This document shows positions 20,232-30,916 of a stretch of 64,000 nucleotides of DNA, one piece after another (position 1 is the stretch's first letter; each line of letters starts with the position of its first letter). Source of the DNA: an uncultured virus (IMG/VR IMGVR_UViG_3300033571_014589) (Duplodnaviria > Heunggongvirae > Uroviricota > Caudoviricetes). The notes under the pieces are model-generated. The model was not told where the DNA came from. It worked only from the letters and a program-made list of their open reading frames with translations, and did no database searches. The position numbers and the translations under genes are program-made. The stretch lies in the IMG/VR virus record IMGVR_UViG_3300033571_014589, positions 1 through 64,000 of that record; one strand, written 5' to 3'.

Positions 20232-21686
20232 TTAATCAGTAAAGTTGATATGAAAAATAAAATAAAGTATATAATCATAAAAACTTTTTGTTTTATTATC
20301 CTTTAAAAAGTCGTTATTTTCAAAATTAAGGTCTGTGTATTCATCAAAAATAATACTTGTAAATTTATAATCTTTATTTATAGTATAATTTATGTTTGAT
20401 GTGTTAAAAACATCCATAACCGTTTTTAAGTTTTTACAATCTGACCTAATTAATAACTCTAAACTTAATGATTCTTGATTATATAAATCAGTAAAATCTA
20501 TTGTATTTTTACTAAAAAATCGTACTATGATGTCAGCATTTTCTTTTTGAGGCTTAATATAATCATTAAAATCTTTTTGTCTTTTTTTAATGTTTTCCAA
20601 TACTTTATTAGGACTATACCCTCTTTCTAAAACATCGCGCTTAATCTTCCACTTTTTTTTCAAATTTTCATCAGTATCCATAAAAATTTTCAAGTCGTAA
20701 AGATTGGTATTACCATACAAACTATGTAACCCACATACAATTAGATTATCTGACGGGTTAATTAATTTCTTTTCGGTAAACTTACCACTGTGGTGGTCAT
20801 AATCTACTTGATATATATCATTACCTAATTTTAAATTGAAAATATCTTCTTCCATTTTAGTAATATAATTTGATTTTGGATTTAAATGAGTGGTTTGTTC
20901 CCAATTTTTATTATTCCTTTCCCATTTATGGTATCTATCACACTCCAAAGTAAAAGAATTATTATAACAATTTTTTAATAACCTACTTAATGTTGATTTT
21001 CCAGACCCCGAATCACCACAAATTGCAAAAATATTACACTTAGATAGTAGAAAATTATATTCTATATCCAATTTTTTAAATGATATGTTTGTTTTTTTTA
21101 AATACTCAAATAATGATGTTTCAGATACGGGTAAAAAGAAATTACCATAAAATTTATAAATATCAAAATATTTATCCATAATTTTTGACTTACCAAAGGC
21201 AAATGCGTCACAAAGATAACCATCATTGGAATTTGTAAGTCTGAATTTATCCATTTTAGCATCTGACGGTATATAAATTATATTGTCTTCGACTACAATA
21301 TCAAAAATATTTTTAGTTAATATGTTTAAATCTAATCTATATCTTATTACTAAATCATATTCAGATGATTCAGATTCTCTTATAGTTTTTATTTCATTAA
21401 GTTTGTATAACTTAGCCCAAAGATTAATAACGTTATTAATTTTATTATCACTAACATATGTTTGATTGTTTTCAACAATTGTTGTTATTGGATTAAGAAT
21501 GTCTACTATTTTTTTTATATCAGAATCTTCTATTTGATTTAAATATTTATCATCGGTATTTTCACTTTTTGTGATATGTAAATAAACATCAACAGTTTTA
21601 AATTTTTTTACAATTTCATTTACTATGAATTCAATACTTTTTTCGTAGTTCCTTAAATATCCAGCAATTAATAATGCAACTCTCAT
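20232..21686 (-). CDS. Fusion of N-terminal GT-like domain and phosphoribulokinase/uridine-kinase family domain
   Basis: MRVALLIAGYLR..YDLVIRYRLD..CDAFAFG; then ICGDSGSGKST, CDRYHKWER, YDHHSGKF, GLHSLY, WKIKRD..ERG, YIKPQK..AD (plant/cyanobacterial PRK-like). Confidence 0.75.
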   Translation of the reverse strand: MRVALLIAGYLRNYEKSIEFIVNEIVKKFKTVDVYLHITKSENTDDKYLNQIEDSDIKKIVDILNPITTIVENNQTYVSDNKINNVINLWAKLYKLNEIKTIRESESSEYDLVIRYRLDLNILTKNIFDIVVEDNIIYIPSDAKMDKFRLTNSNDGYLCDAFAFGKSKIMDKYFDIYKFYGNFFLPVSETSLFEYLKKTNISFKKLDIEYNFLLSKCNIFAICGDSGSGKSTLSRLLKNCYNNSFTLECDRYHKWERNNKNWEQTTHLNPKSNYITKMEEDIFNLKLGNDIYQVDYDHHSGKFTEKKLINPSDNLIVCGLHSLYGNTNLYDLKIFMDTDENLKKKWKIKRDVLERGYSPNKVLENIKKRQKDFNDYIKPQKENADIIVRFFSKNTIDFTDLYNQESLSLELLIRSDCKNLKTVMDVFNTSNINYTINKDYKFTSIIFDEYTDLNFENNDFLKDNKTKSFYDYILYFIFHINFTD

Positions 21687-21689
21687 AAA

Positions 21690-22577
21690 TTAAATTCCTT
21701 CGAATACATTTTGATTTTTACTTATCATATCATTTAATATATTTATAAGTTTTGAATTATTAAATATTTTATTGTAAAAATAATCATAATTGTTAATAAC
21801 ATCAAGAGTTTTAGTCGGTATTTCGTTGTAATCTGCCCAAATTATGAACTCGTTATATGGTATCTTTTCTTTTAACGGAACATCTTCGCTAACAATAATA
21901 ACTCCATTACTTAATGCTGGTAAAACCCGCAGTTCTTCAAAAGTATGATGATGGTCTGTCTGATGTATATTAACCATAATTTTTGTTTTACTATATAAAT
22001 CTAATAAACACTCATTTGAAAAACAATTAGTAATTGTTGTGTTATTAACACCTAACTCATTTATTTGTGATAAAATATTCTTACGCCTAATGTTAGAACT
22101 CGTATCAAATAATGTTATTACTTTAGATTTTTCACCATTAAATTTAGGGTCATATATTGTTGGTGATATATAAAGTACTTTTGATAGAAAGTTTTGAAAC
22201 TTACCACATGATTTTATATTTTCAATATTAGGTAAACTATATTCTATGATATAATCTAATGAATTAAGATAGTTAAATTTATCAATTCGTACTAAATAAT
22301 AACTATCTTTATTTTTTATGTTGCCGTAAATTTTATCGTTTACGGACCGACCACCTTCTTTTACGAGAGTATGTTCACATTGTATGTCAATTTTTAATGT
22401 TTTGTTATTATTTTTAAAATCAAAAAAGTAATCACCAAAAATAATATTAAAACTTTCATCACATTCTGATAACCAATTTTTTAATAATTTAACAATATAG
22501 TTATAATATTCCCTAGTATGAATAACTTGGTTATCGGTGTAGAGTAAAAAACTTTTATTAATTTTCTCAATTATCAT
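21690..22577 (-). CDS. Putative glycosyltransferase (GT-B C-terminal domain)
   Basis: SKTKIMVNIH..FEELRVLPAL..GVIIVSE. Confidence 0.55.
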   Translation of the reverse strand: MIIEKINKSFLLYTDNQVIHTREYYNYIVKLLKNWLSECDESFNIIFGDYFFDFKNNNKTLKIDIQCEHTLVKEGGRSVNDKIYGNIKNKDSYYLVRIDKFNYLNSLDYIIEYSLPNIENIKSCGKFQNFLSKVLYISPTIYDPKFNGEKSKVITLFDTSSNIRRKNILSQINELGVNNTTITNCFSNECLLDLYSKTKIMVNIHQTDHHHTFEELRVLPALSNGVIIVSEDVPLKEKIPYNEFIIWADYNEIPTKTLDVINNYDYFYNKIFNNSKLINILNDMISKNQNVFEGI

Positions 22578-23365
22578 CTATCTACAGTTCGTTCCGTTTT
22601 TTGCTGTGCTCTTTTAACAAAGAAAGTTTTAATATTATCATCAAAAGGATTTACTGAATGACAATCATATTTTGGGTCTGGATTAGGGTTATTATTCCAC
22701 ATATAACCTAAGTATCTTATATCGCCATCAATATCATAATTCTTATGGTCATTCAATTCCCATATAATTCTAGCTAAATATCTTTCCGCTGCGCAACTTT
22801 GAGTTCTATTTGTTATCACAATCTGTTTAAAATAATCATAAGTCCTTTCAACGTTTAATGATGATATTATAAAACTACAACACCAACAAAAAGTACATTT
22901 ATCTAAATTATCTAATAGCCCCAATTTTAATAAAATTTCATTGGATATGTCTTGTAACATGCCGTCTTGAAAGTATGAATTAATTGTACAAGCTTTAATG
23001 TTTTCATTATAGAGAGTGTTAAAATCCAATTTATTTTTTAAAATAAATGTATCTTGTGTTAATACAATGTAAGAATATTCATTTATTAATGAATTATCTA
23101 TTAAAAATTTCAAACCGATTTGATAAGCCCCAATTTCAAATTTACATTCTATATCATTTTCTAATAACACGACATTTTTATATTTTCTTAAATTTGCAAA
23201 TATATCCTCTTTATACGTTGAATTATTATCTACGAAAATAATAAGTGCGTCTTCGTAGAATTTTTGTATAGTCTGCACATAATATTCACTATATGAATCA
23301 TATCCTCTATAGTATTTATGAGCGATTATAAAAACTGGTTTGTTGATATTTTTAATTATTTCCAT
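22574..23365 (-). CDS. Putative GT-A-like glycosyltransferase
   Basis: IIFVDNNS, FEIGAY, LTQDT, AAERY. Confidence 0.5.
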   Translation of the reverse strand: MEIIKNINKPVFIIAHKYYRGYDSYSEYYVQTIQKFYEDALIIFVDNNSTYKEDIFANLRKYKNVVLLENDIECKFEIGAYQIGLKFLIDNSLINEYSYIVLTQDTFILKNKLDFNTLYNENIKACTINSYFQDGMLQDISNEILLKLGLLDNLDKCTFCWCCSFIISSLNVERTYDYFKQIVITNRTQSCAAERYLARIIWELNDHKNYDIDGDIRYLGYMWNNNPNPDPKYDCHSVNPFDDNIKTFFVKRAQQKTERTVDR

Positions 23366-24165
23366 TTACTTGAATTTTTTAAATTATATTTATTTACTAT
23401 TTTTTCGTATTCATATTTTATATCATCACACGAACCAATAGGTAACGTTTCAATGTTTAAATATTTTTGACTGTGTGTTATGTGAATGTACCTAAATGGT
23501 TCCAAACAAATAAAATAACCACATTTAAATTTATTTTTTGAAAAAAGTTTAAAGATATTAAAGTTAACTGCATATTTCTGTGTATCAGGGTGTTCGATTG
23601 TTCTATAATCTCTGAAACCAAATTTTTCCATAATATCGATTAACGTCTCTTTCTTCCAAATCGATGGATTAACATTATATGGGTATCCTTTATTTTCAGT
23701 ATCTATATTTGATGATTTTATGTAATATAAATCATTATCATTTATTTCGTGACTCTTAATACTATCAAAATCGTAGGCTAATTGAAAATCAACTCTGTCG
23801 TAATTATTTTCACGTAAAAAGTTAAACATACTTTTAATTTTTTCTTTATCAATATAAAATACAATATCATTATCATGTATGAAAATAAAATAATCATACG
23901 GAACGTCTTTAATTGTATTTAGTAATCTATATCCATACGGTAACGAATCATCGTAAAAAATAACTTTTTCAAAATTATTATAAATACCACTAAGGTCATC
24001 GTCATTTTTATTTATGATTAAAATCATCTCCCCACAATCTTTCAAATAATCAATTTGTATTTTTAATACTTCTAAGAAAGAAGAATGACTATAAATAACA
24101 ATCTTTAAATTATTATCAAGCGGTTTATCAGACAATTCAAATTTTTTTATATCAAATGTTATCAT
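23356..24165 (-). CDS. Putative glycosyltransferase (paralog of 25087-25851)
   Basis: FYDDSLPY, FIHDND, YNVNPSIWKKETLI. Confidence 0.55.
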   Translation of the reverse strand: MITFDIKKFELSDKPLDNNLKIVIYSHSSFLEVLKIQIDYLKDCGEMILIINKNDDDLSGIYNNFEKVIFYDDSLPYGYRLLNTIKDVPYDYFIFIHDNDIVFYIDKEKIKSMFNFLRENNYDRVDFQLAYDFDSIKSHEINDNDLYYIKSSNIDTENKGYPYNVNPSIWKKETLIDIMEKFGFRDYRTIEHPDTQKYAVNFNIFKLFSKNKFKCGYFICLEPFRYIHITHSQKYLNIETLPIGSCDDIKYEYEKIVNKYNLKNSSKWK

Positions 24166-25085
24166 TTTTGGTAAGTAGTGTTACGGATTTTATCAACCCA
24201 ATATTTTAGGGTAATTCGTTCATAGTTAAATTCTTTATTTTTAAAGTCATCAATTGTCTTGTTCAATAACTCTTGAGTAATTTCGCTCCAATCATTTACT
24301 ATTAGTACAGGTAAATCTTTATATAAAGTATCTAATTGGGACTTCTTTACAATCACAATTGTTCCTAACATTAATGCTTCCCATGTTCTGTGACAATCCA
24401 TACCGTGGCCCATTGGCGAAACTGTAAACGCATAATCCGCATTTTTTTTCCAAGTAGATTCTCTATCTACTAATGATGGTTCATAATAAATTAAATCTTT
24501 GGGTATTTTATTAATTGCGTCTTGCCTTGGGTTACCAAATTCTGAATAGGTAACAAAATGAAAATTAGAATAACATTTAGGTAGTCTTTGATAAAATTCT
24601 CCCGCATTTTTTCTAATGTTGGTTAACATATTTTCCTGTTCTTTTGGTGTCATTGCTTGATTGCTCCATCCGCAAAACTCACCAAACGTTAAAGAATGAA
24701 AATTTACACCAATTGGAATTAATGAAAATTTATTATGATAGTTTTCATTACAATTCACAGAATACCAATGAATTATTCTATCATCGTTAATTAGATTATT
24801 AAAAGTGTGTAAATCTATTAAATCGTCAGGCATTGTTTCATCCCCATCACCAGTAATTAAAATAAATTTATAATTCAAGTAAGGAAATACTTGATGTATA
24901 AATTGTCTAAAAAAAGCAAATTTAATATAAATACAATCACCATCTTTACCTTTTAGTAGTTTATTGAAGTCATGAGTAATTTTATATGGTTCTTTGTGAT
25001 ACGTTATTATATTATTTTCGTCTAAAGATAATAACATTCCGACACTGGATATGTATTCACATTCTTTTAATTGTTCTAAGCTCAT
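24162..25085 (-). CDS. Exostosin/GT47-like glycosyltransferase
   Basis: IPIG, FTVSPMGHGMDCHRTWEALMLGTIVIV, LPVLIVNDWSE. Confidence 0.7.
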   Translation of the reverse strand: MSLEQLKECEYISSVGMLLSLDENNIITYHKEPYKITHDFNKLLKGKDGDCIYIKFAFFRQFIHQVFPYLNYKFILITGDGDETMPDDLIDLHTFNNLINDDRIIHWYSVNCNENYHNKFSLIPIGVNFHSLTFGEFCGWSNQAMTPKEQENMLTNIRKNAGEFYQRLPKCYSNFHFVTYSEFGNPRQDAINKIPKDLIYYEPSLVDRESTWKKNADYAFTVSPMGHGMDCHRTWEALMLGTIVIVKKSQLDTLYKDLPVLIVNDWSEITQELLNKTIDDFKNKEFNYERITLKYWVDKIRNTTYQK

Positions 25086-25086
25086 A

Positions 25087-25851
25087 TTATTTGTACCATT
25101 TATTTGAATTTATTAAATTATATTTTTTTACTATTTTCATATATTCATTACTTATATCGGCATAGGATTGGTTATAAACAGTAACAAAATTTACGTTTAA
25201 AGGTAAAAGTTTACCATTATGACTAATGTGTAGAAATTTATATTGTTGAATACAGTTAAAATATCCGCATCGTAAAAAATCATTAGTATTAATTTTAAAA
25301 ATTTTATATTTTTTACAAAAAGACTGGACAGCATAATCTTCAATTGTTCTATAATTTCTATCTTTGAATTTGTCCATAATTTCAATCAAAGTTTCTTTTT
25401 TCCAAATCGATGGGTTCACATTATATATATAATCTTTTTCATTTGTTTCCCTAACTAATTTAATATTATCAGAATAGTTAATAATATCTTTATCTATAAT
25501 GTTATCGGTATATTTCAAATCGATTCTATCAAAATTTTTATCTATCATAAACTCTAATATTTGCTCTAAAAATTCTAAATTTACATCTAACAATATATCT
25601 ATATCGTGAGAAAATAAAAAATAGTCAAACTTATAAAGTTTTAAACATTCTAAAAGTCTTTCAGCATATGGTAAACCATCATCGTAAAAAATTATTTCAT
25701 CGTAAAATTTATATATGTCATTTAAATTTTGATTGTTATTATTAATGAATAAAACTTTATTGACAAAATCTTTTTCTTTAATAAAATCTGTTTGTATTTT
25801 TAATATATCATGGTATGATGAATGTGTGTAAATAATGATAGGTACTTTCAT
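25087..25851 (-). CDS. Putative glycosyltransferase (paralog of 23356-24165)
   Basis: FYDDGLPY, FSHDID, YNVNPSIWKKETLI. Confidence 0.55.
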   Translation of the reverse strand: MKVPIIIYTHSSYHDILKIQTDFIKEKDFVNKVLFINNNNQNLNDIYKFYDEIIFYDDGLPYAERLLECLKLYKFDYFLFSHDIDILLDVNLEFLEQILEFMIDKNFDRIDLKYTDNIIDKDIINYSDNIKLVRETNEKDYIYNVNPSIWKKETLIEIMDKFKDRNYRTIEDYAVQSFCKKYKIFKINTNDFLRCGYFNCIQQYKFLHISHNGKLLPLNVNFVTVYNQSYADISNEYMKIVKKYNLINSNKWYK

Positions 25852-27062
25852 AAGGGTTTAATTTTTTTTTCAAATTTTTTTATGTTTAAAATCCAAGGGG
25901 AATTTAAACCATTGTCTAATTTTTTACAATGTTTAGCATTTTCCGTTTTAACTTCAAATTTAGATTCTTTATTCCATCCTGATACAAAATCACTGGAATA
26001 TATTATTTTTAATTGATTATTGTTAATTTCAATAATTTCACCGATAACATCCCCGCATTTTACTCTCATATTAGATTTAAATTTAGTTTTTTCGTAGTGT
26101 TTGGTTTCTTCAAAGAAAGTTGTGATAACATTACTAAAACAGTATGTAAATCTTTTATTTATTTTTAAAAATTCTGGAGAATTAATAGAAATTAAATTAG
26201 TTTCTTTTTTACTAAAAAGAACATTACATAATCCTCCACCAATTGCACCTATAACATTTTCGGCTTTTGAAAACATAAGTATTTTTTCTTTAGTTGTTAA
26301 AAGTTCTGTAAATACTTCAGTATACCCTTTATTTTCTAAAAAGGAAACTAATTCGTCCTCATTTATTAGCTTTCTTCTATCAGTATAATTAGTACCTATA
26401 TTTAAATAGTTACCATGTTTATGGCTCCTTCTAGAAACATATATGTTTTTAGGTCTATCAATATTATCATCAACAACACTTTCTACTATTCTACTATAAA
26501 AATGATATATTTCTTTTCTTGGGGGTAAATTAGAATCAATACCATGTGTGTAAGAATCAGAGATATATATTTCAGAGTATTGAGTGTTTGGTTTAATTAA
26601 AACAATATCTTCTTTTGTTATTCCTAATATTTCTAAAAATTCACAAACAAAAGGATAAAAATGATTTTTATCCTTATTTGGATAATTCATTAATAACTTC
26701 AGGTTAGGTATGTTATTTTTTAATTGAAAAAATGAAATTAAATATGGTAGTGTATCATAAATGAAATGGAAGTAATTATCAGTATTATATACAAAAAAAA
26801 ATACAGGATTTGTATATACTTCATCCTGTTTAATAATTTCCGTATTTATTTTGAAATAATCATTTATTTTTTGTAAAGACATTATTTTTTCGTTTATGGG
26901 ATTAATGTGACCATTACTCTCCGAATAGAATCTAATATTTGGATAAAATAAATTATATCCAGCGGATGTCAAATTTTCAAATCTAAAGATTGAAATCTCT
27001 CTATTATTTTCATCCTTTTCAAAAATAGTTTTATATTTAGTAAACGTATCGTATTTTTTCAT
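25848..27062 (-). CDS. GT61/DUF563-like glycosyltransferase
   Basis: NYFHFIYDTLP, IYVSRR, RKLINEDEL, FSKAENVIGAIGGGLCNVLF. Confidence 0.75.
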   Translation of the reverse strand: MKKYDTFTKYKTIFEKDENNREISIFRFENLTSAGYNLFYPNIRFYSESNGHINPINEKIMSLQKINDYFKINTEIIKQDEVYTNPVFFFVYNTDNYFHFIYDTLPYLISFFQLKNNIPNLKLLMNYPNKDKNHFYPFVCEFLEILGITKEDIVLIKPNTQYSEIYISDSYTHGIDSNLPPRKEIYHFYSRIVESVVDDNIDRPKNIYVSRRSHKHGNYLNIGTNYTDRRKLINEDELVSFLENKGYTEVFTELLTTKEKILMFSKAENVIGAIGGGLCNVLFSKKETNLISINSPEFLKINKRFTYCFSNVITTFFEETKHYEKTKFKSNMRVKCGDVIGEIIEINNNQLKIIYSSDFVSGWNKESKFEVKTENAKHCKKLDNGLNSPWILNIKKFEKKIKPL

Positions 27063-27799
27063 AAATTTAATTTATTTTTTTCAAAAAAAGATTCGTATGG
27101 ATAGCAATTAACATCTTCAATTATTTGTTCCATATAGTTATCAAATATACCTCTATAATTACTATTATTATCTAATACATATTTTTGATTATATATAAAA
27201 TCTCTATTAAATAATGAATATTTTCCAATACCTGATTTAATATGGTCATGTCTTAAATCTGAAATTATATTAGTTATTCCTTCCAAATATAAATCATTAA
27301 TTTTATATCCTTTTTTTAAACATCTAAATATAATATCACCATCTTCTTCACCAAAACCTAAAAGTCTTTCATCAAAATAACCGATTGAATCTAAAAAACT
27401 TTTGGATATTAAAAAATGAGAAAATGAATTATTAATTCTTGTTATACCTGAAAAATTAACATTTTCAATGTAGTTTGAAATTTTCAAAAAAAAGTCATTA
27501 GAGTTAATATCTAAATCATCATTTAACATTAGTATATTATTTTCATTTGAATGGACTGCGATTGTATTCCACATTTTTGACAACCCTCTTGTTTCTGTGA
27601 AAAAAATAGGATAAATATTAAGATTGGTCATACATAAATTAAGTATTTTTAATCTATACTCTTCAGAAAAATTACCTGATTCTTCACCGTTTATACATAG
27701 AAATATCCTATTACTATTAAATTTTCTAATTTTTCTTACTAAATTTTCTAAAAGACTAAACCTTTTAGAAAAAGTTGTTATACCTATAGCATATTTCAT
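27059..27799 (-). CDS. GT2-like glycosyltransferase with GT7-C-type motif
   Basis: LMLNDD; IGYFDERLLGFGEEDGD. Confidence 0.75.
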   Translation of the reverse strand: MKYAIGITTFSKRFSLLENLVRKIRKFNSNRIFLCINGEESGNFSEEYRLKILNLCMTNLNIYPIFFTETRGLSKMWNTIAVHSNENNILMLNDDLDINSNDFFLKISNYIENVNFSGITRINNSFSHFLISKSFLDSIGYFDERLLGFGEEDGDIIFRCLKKGYKINDLYLEGITNIISDLRHDHIKSGIGKYSLFNRDFIYNQKYVLDNNSNYRGIFDNYMEQIIEDVNCYPYESFFEKNKLNL

Positions 27800-28623
27800 T
27801 ATAAATACTCCTCCCCAAATGTTACAAGATTTTTATTGTAGTGTTTTTTAATAAACTCAACATAACCCTTTTTTTCCGCTAAAGAATCAAAAAATGACAA
27901 ATCTATATTAATACCATTAATTAAGCTGTCATTCATTTTTTGAGGACTGAAATTTAGATTATTTACAACACTATCATATCTTTGATTTATTGTTTGTATA
28001 CTATGATTATAATTTACCAATTCATAGTGTTTATACCATAATTGTTTTAAAGCGTAAAATTTACGATTACAAGATTGTAAATGTATTATACCAATATCCT
28101 TGGTTTGTAGTTTTGGTAAATTTACGGTTGGGGTTCGCGGAGTGTGGTATTTCCAAGCTGAAATATCCATATTTGAAATTTTTGACGTAGGTAAAACAAA
28201 AGAACGATAATTATTTGTATATGCGTTATCGGTTCTATAATACTCTAAAGAGTTTACACAATTATACCAATAAAGCCAAACATCTGAAGACTGAAATAAG
28301 TTTAAATACATATTAAAGTCTTTGATAAAATTACTTGTCATCAATTCATCAGAGTCTAATGATACTATATAATCAACCTTATGTTTTTTTGATATATCTA
28401 TCATTCTTTGTCTTTGGAACCCTTCATTAAATTTATTTAATTTATCATTAATTATTATTATTTTTTCATTATCTAAATGATTCTTAATTACTTGAATTGT
28501 GGAATCCGTTGAATTATCATCATAAAATATGAAAAGGTCTATCGGGTAATTCTTCCAAATGGGTAAAACATTATCTAATAATATTTCTTCATTTTTTACC
28601 ATACAATTTATTGCGGTTTTCAT
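27799..28623 (-). CDS. GT2-like glycosyltransferase
   Basis: MVKNEE, YDDNSTDST, SLDSDE. Confidence 0.8.
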   Translation of the reverse strand: MKTAINCMVKNEEILLDNVLPIWKNYPIDLFIFYDDNSTDSTIQVIKNHLDNEKIIIINDKLNKFNEGFQRQRMIDISKKHKVDYIVSLDSDELMTSNFIKDFNMYLNLFQSSDVWLYWYNCVNSLEYYRTDNAYTNNYRSFVLPTSKISNMDISAWKYHTPRTPTVNLPKLQTKDIGIIHLQSCNRKFYALKQLWYKHYELVNYNHSIQTINQRYDSVVNNLNFSPQKMNDSLINGINIDLSFFDSLAEKKGYVEFIKKHYNKNLVTFGEEYL

Positions 28624-28626
28624 TTT

Positions 28627-29292
28627 TTATTCTATATTAAAATTTATTTTTTTCCTTTCATTGTAAAGGCTCATATCATAATTAACATTTTGATAATTTA
28701 TTTTGTGTATTTCATCATGGTTATCAAAACCCCAATCAGGATGTTCATGTTTTATAATAGTCATTGGAAAATACGTTTGTTTCCTTAAAATGTCACCAAC
28801 CACCATAAACTCATTATCACACCAAGTTGATTTATATTCAGGATAATATATATATCCGAATCTTTGATAATATTTTTTACCTAAAATACACAATGTATTT
28901 AATTCATTACCTTTAAACCCATCATTAAAAAATAAAATACCATCAGTATCAGGATAAGTTTTTTTCATTAAAGAATTAATTACTTTATCAAATCCCTTCA
29001 CTTGTGGTATCATGTCATCGGAAGCCAATAAAATTATATCCCATTCTTCATTAACATCAATATCCCTATTAATTGCATCAACTTTAGACGTACTTGTACC
29101 AACTGTAATTTTGGTGTTCTTAAAAGACCTTAAATAAGACAATGTTTCACTATTATTCATTGTTACATCATCTTCATCTATTGTTATTGAAAATTCAGTA
29201 TTATCTTCAATAATAAAATCTTGATACTTTTTAAAAGTAGATAAAAATTTTTCTTTCCTTCCTCTTGTTGGAAACTTAATTAGTAATTTCAT
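28627..29292 (-). CDS. GT2-like glycosyltransferase
   Basis: KFPTRGR, SKVDAIN, LASDDM, YKSTWCDNE. Confidence 0.7.
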   Translation of the reverse strand: MKLLIKFPTRGRKEKFLSTFKKYQDFIIEDNTEFSITIDEDDVTMNNSETLSYLRSFKNTKITVGTSTSKVDAINRDIDVNEEWDIILLASDDMIPQVKGFDKVINSLMKKTYPDTDGILFFNDGFKGNELNTLCILGKKYYQRFGYIYYPEYKSTWCDNEFMVVGDILRKQTYFPMTIIKHEHPDWGFDNHDEIHKINYQNVNYDMSLYNERKKINFNIE

Positions 29293-30916
29293 TTATTACT
29301 GATAAATAATTATTTATGATTTTATCGGTTACATCAACTGAATAAAATTTATTAATGTCTTCGGGTGAATCAACTAAAGTTTTATTTAAAATATTCCCAA
29401 CATTATCAACATCGTAAATCCAAGATTTTTTTCCACACATCCAACTTTCAATTGTTGTTCTACCTAACAATATTCCCGCAGTTTCTTTTGCTTCGGAGAT
29501 ATAATTTTCAGTGTTCCAAGTAGGTGGAAATAATTTAACATGTGAATTACTTTTTAATTTATCAAGATAATTAGATTTGTTTTCACCAACTAACCAAAGT
29601 TCCATAGCATTTTCACGAGAATAATTAACCAAATCCATTATTGTTTGTTCTCTTAAATAATCTATTGTACCAACAAAAAGAATGTAATTTTTGCTTGGTT
29701 TACCCATTGGTTTAAATCTAGTTTCATCAACAGGATTGTATATTACTTCAACATTTTCTGGTTCTATATTATATGATGAACAAATAAATTCTTTAATTTC
29801 GGGTCTAATTGCTATATATTTTCTAATTGTTTCGTGTACTACGGGTTTCTCCAAATCAATAACTTCAGAATGAATTGTTGCAATTTTATCTTCTTTAGGA
29901 TATAATTGTAGAATCAAATTTGTAACAGGTTCGTGTTGAACATGTATAATATCAAAATTTGGTTCGGAAATTTTGTATAACATTCCCTCTTTGGATTGTT
30001 CGGTTCCGTTTGGTGTTTGCATAGTCCATTTACCATCACCTCTTTTATATCCAGGAGGTTCTTGGAAGGAAAATACTTTTATCCCTTTCTTTTTTACCAT
30101 ATCAGTTAATGGACCTCCAATTTCTGATAGAACATTTACATTATGACCCAATTTAACCAAATTTTTCGCCAGTTCGTATATATAAACTTCTGAACCTGTA
30201 AAGGTTTTAAAGTTTAAACAAGATAACAATATGTTTAATTTATCTTCTTTGGTTTTTTTAATTTTAATAGGTAAGTTTTCTTTATTCTTTTCTGAAAACG
30301 AAATTCTATTTTTATCCCATTCTTCATTAACCATTCCTATTGATTTATGTGTAATTCTAACATCGTATATAACACCAATTTTAACATCCGCCAAATAGTT
30401 TCTAAAACAAAAATCAACATCATAAAAATGAAACCCATTAACTTCTAAATTAAAAGTTTCTTTAATTCTTGTCTTACTTAATGCGATAAAAAGACCGTCA
30501 ACCAAAACGGTTTGTTGGATATCTTTACCTAAACTATTTGAATATTTTGATTCCCACTTTTTTCCTTCATGTTCGTGGTTAACAATTCCGAACATTTTTC
30601 TTCTGTCTTCCCACCACATTCCTGATTTTGGGAGATATGTTGAACCTGCAACACCCAAAATTCCATAATCACTTTTTTTGAAATGGTCCAATATTTTATT
30701 ACCCCAACCATTTTTCTCAAAATAAATATCATCGTGACATAACACGACAATATCATTTTCAGATTCATTTAAAATTTGGTTATAAACTTCAGTTAGAGAA
30801 TACTCTCCATTATTAACCTTTTCAATAATCTGAACTTTTGGATGTCCACAAGATTTTTTTAAATATTCTTGTAGAAGTGGATTATGAAATCTTGTACTAT
30901 ATCCTATTGTAATCAT
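29276..30916 (-). CDS. Bifunctional glycosyltransferase (GT-A N-terminal + GT-B C-terminal)
   Basis: VLCHDDI, GVAGS, VDGLF, FHFYDVDF; then TGSEVYIYELAKNL..GHNV, VIYNPVD..RF, GRTTIESW. Confidence 0.8.
   Translation of the reverse strand: MITIGYSTRFHNPLLQEYLKKSCGHPKVQIIEKVNNGEYSLTEVYNQILNESENDIVVLCHDDIYFEKNGWGNKILDHFKKSDYGILGVAGSTYLPKSGMWWEDRRKMFGIVNHEHEGKKWESKYSNSLGKDIQQTVLVDGLFIALSKTRIKETFNLEVNGFHFYDVDFCFRNYLADVKIGVIYDVRITHKSIGMVNEEWDKNRISFSEKNKENLPIKIKKTKEDKLNILLSCLNFKTFTGSEVYIYELAKNLVKLGHNVNVLSEIGGPLTDMVKKKGIKVFSFQEPPGYKRGDGKWTMQTPNGTEQSKEGMLYKISEPNFDIIHVQHEPVTNLILQLYPKEDKIATIHSEVIDLEKPVVHETIRKYIAIRPEIKEFICSSYNIEPENVEVIYNPVDETRFKPMGKPSKNYILFVGTIDYLREQTIMDLVNYSRENAMELWLVGENKSNYLDKLKSNSHVKLFPPTWNTENYISEAKETAGILLGRTTIESWMCGKKSWIYDVDNVGNILNKTLVDSPEDINKFYSVDVTDKIINNYLSVINEITN

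Noticed and set aside
20232..21030. PRK as a Calvin-cycle auxiliary metabolic gene
   Set aside because: It is fused to a GT-like domain inside a glycan cluster, and no other carbon-fixation genes are in the window.
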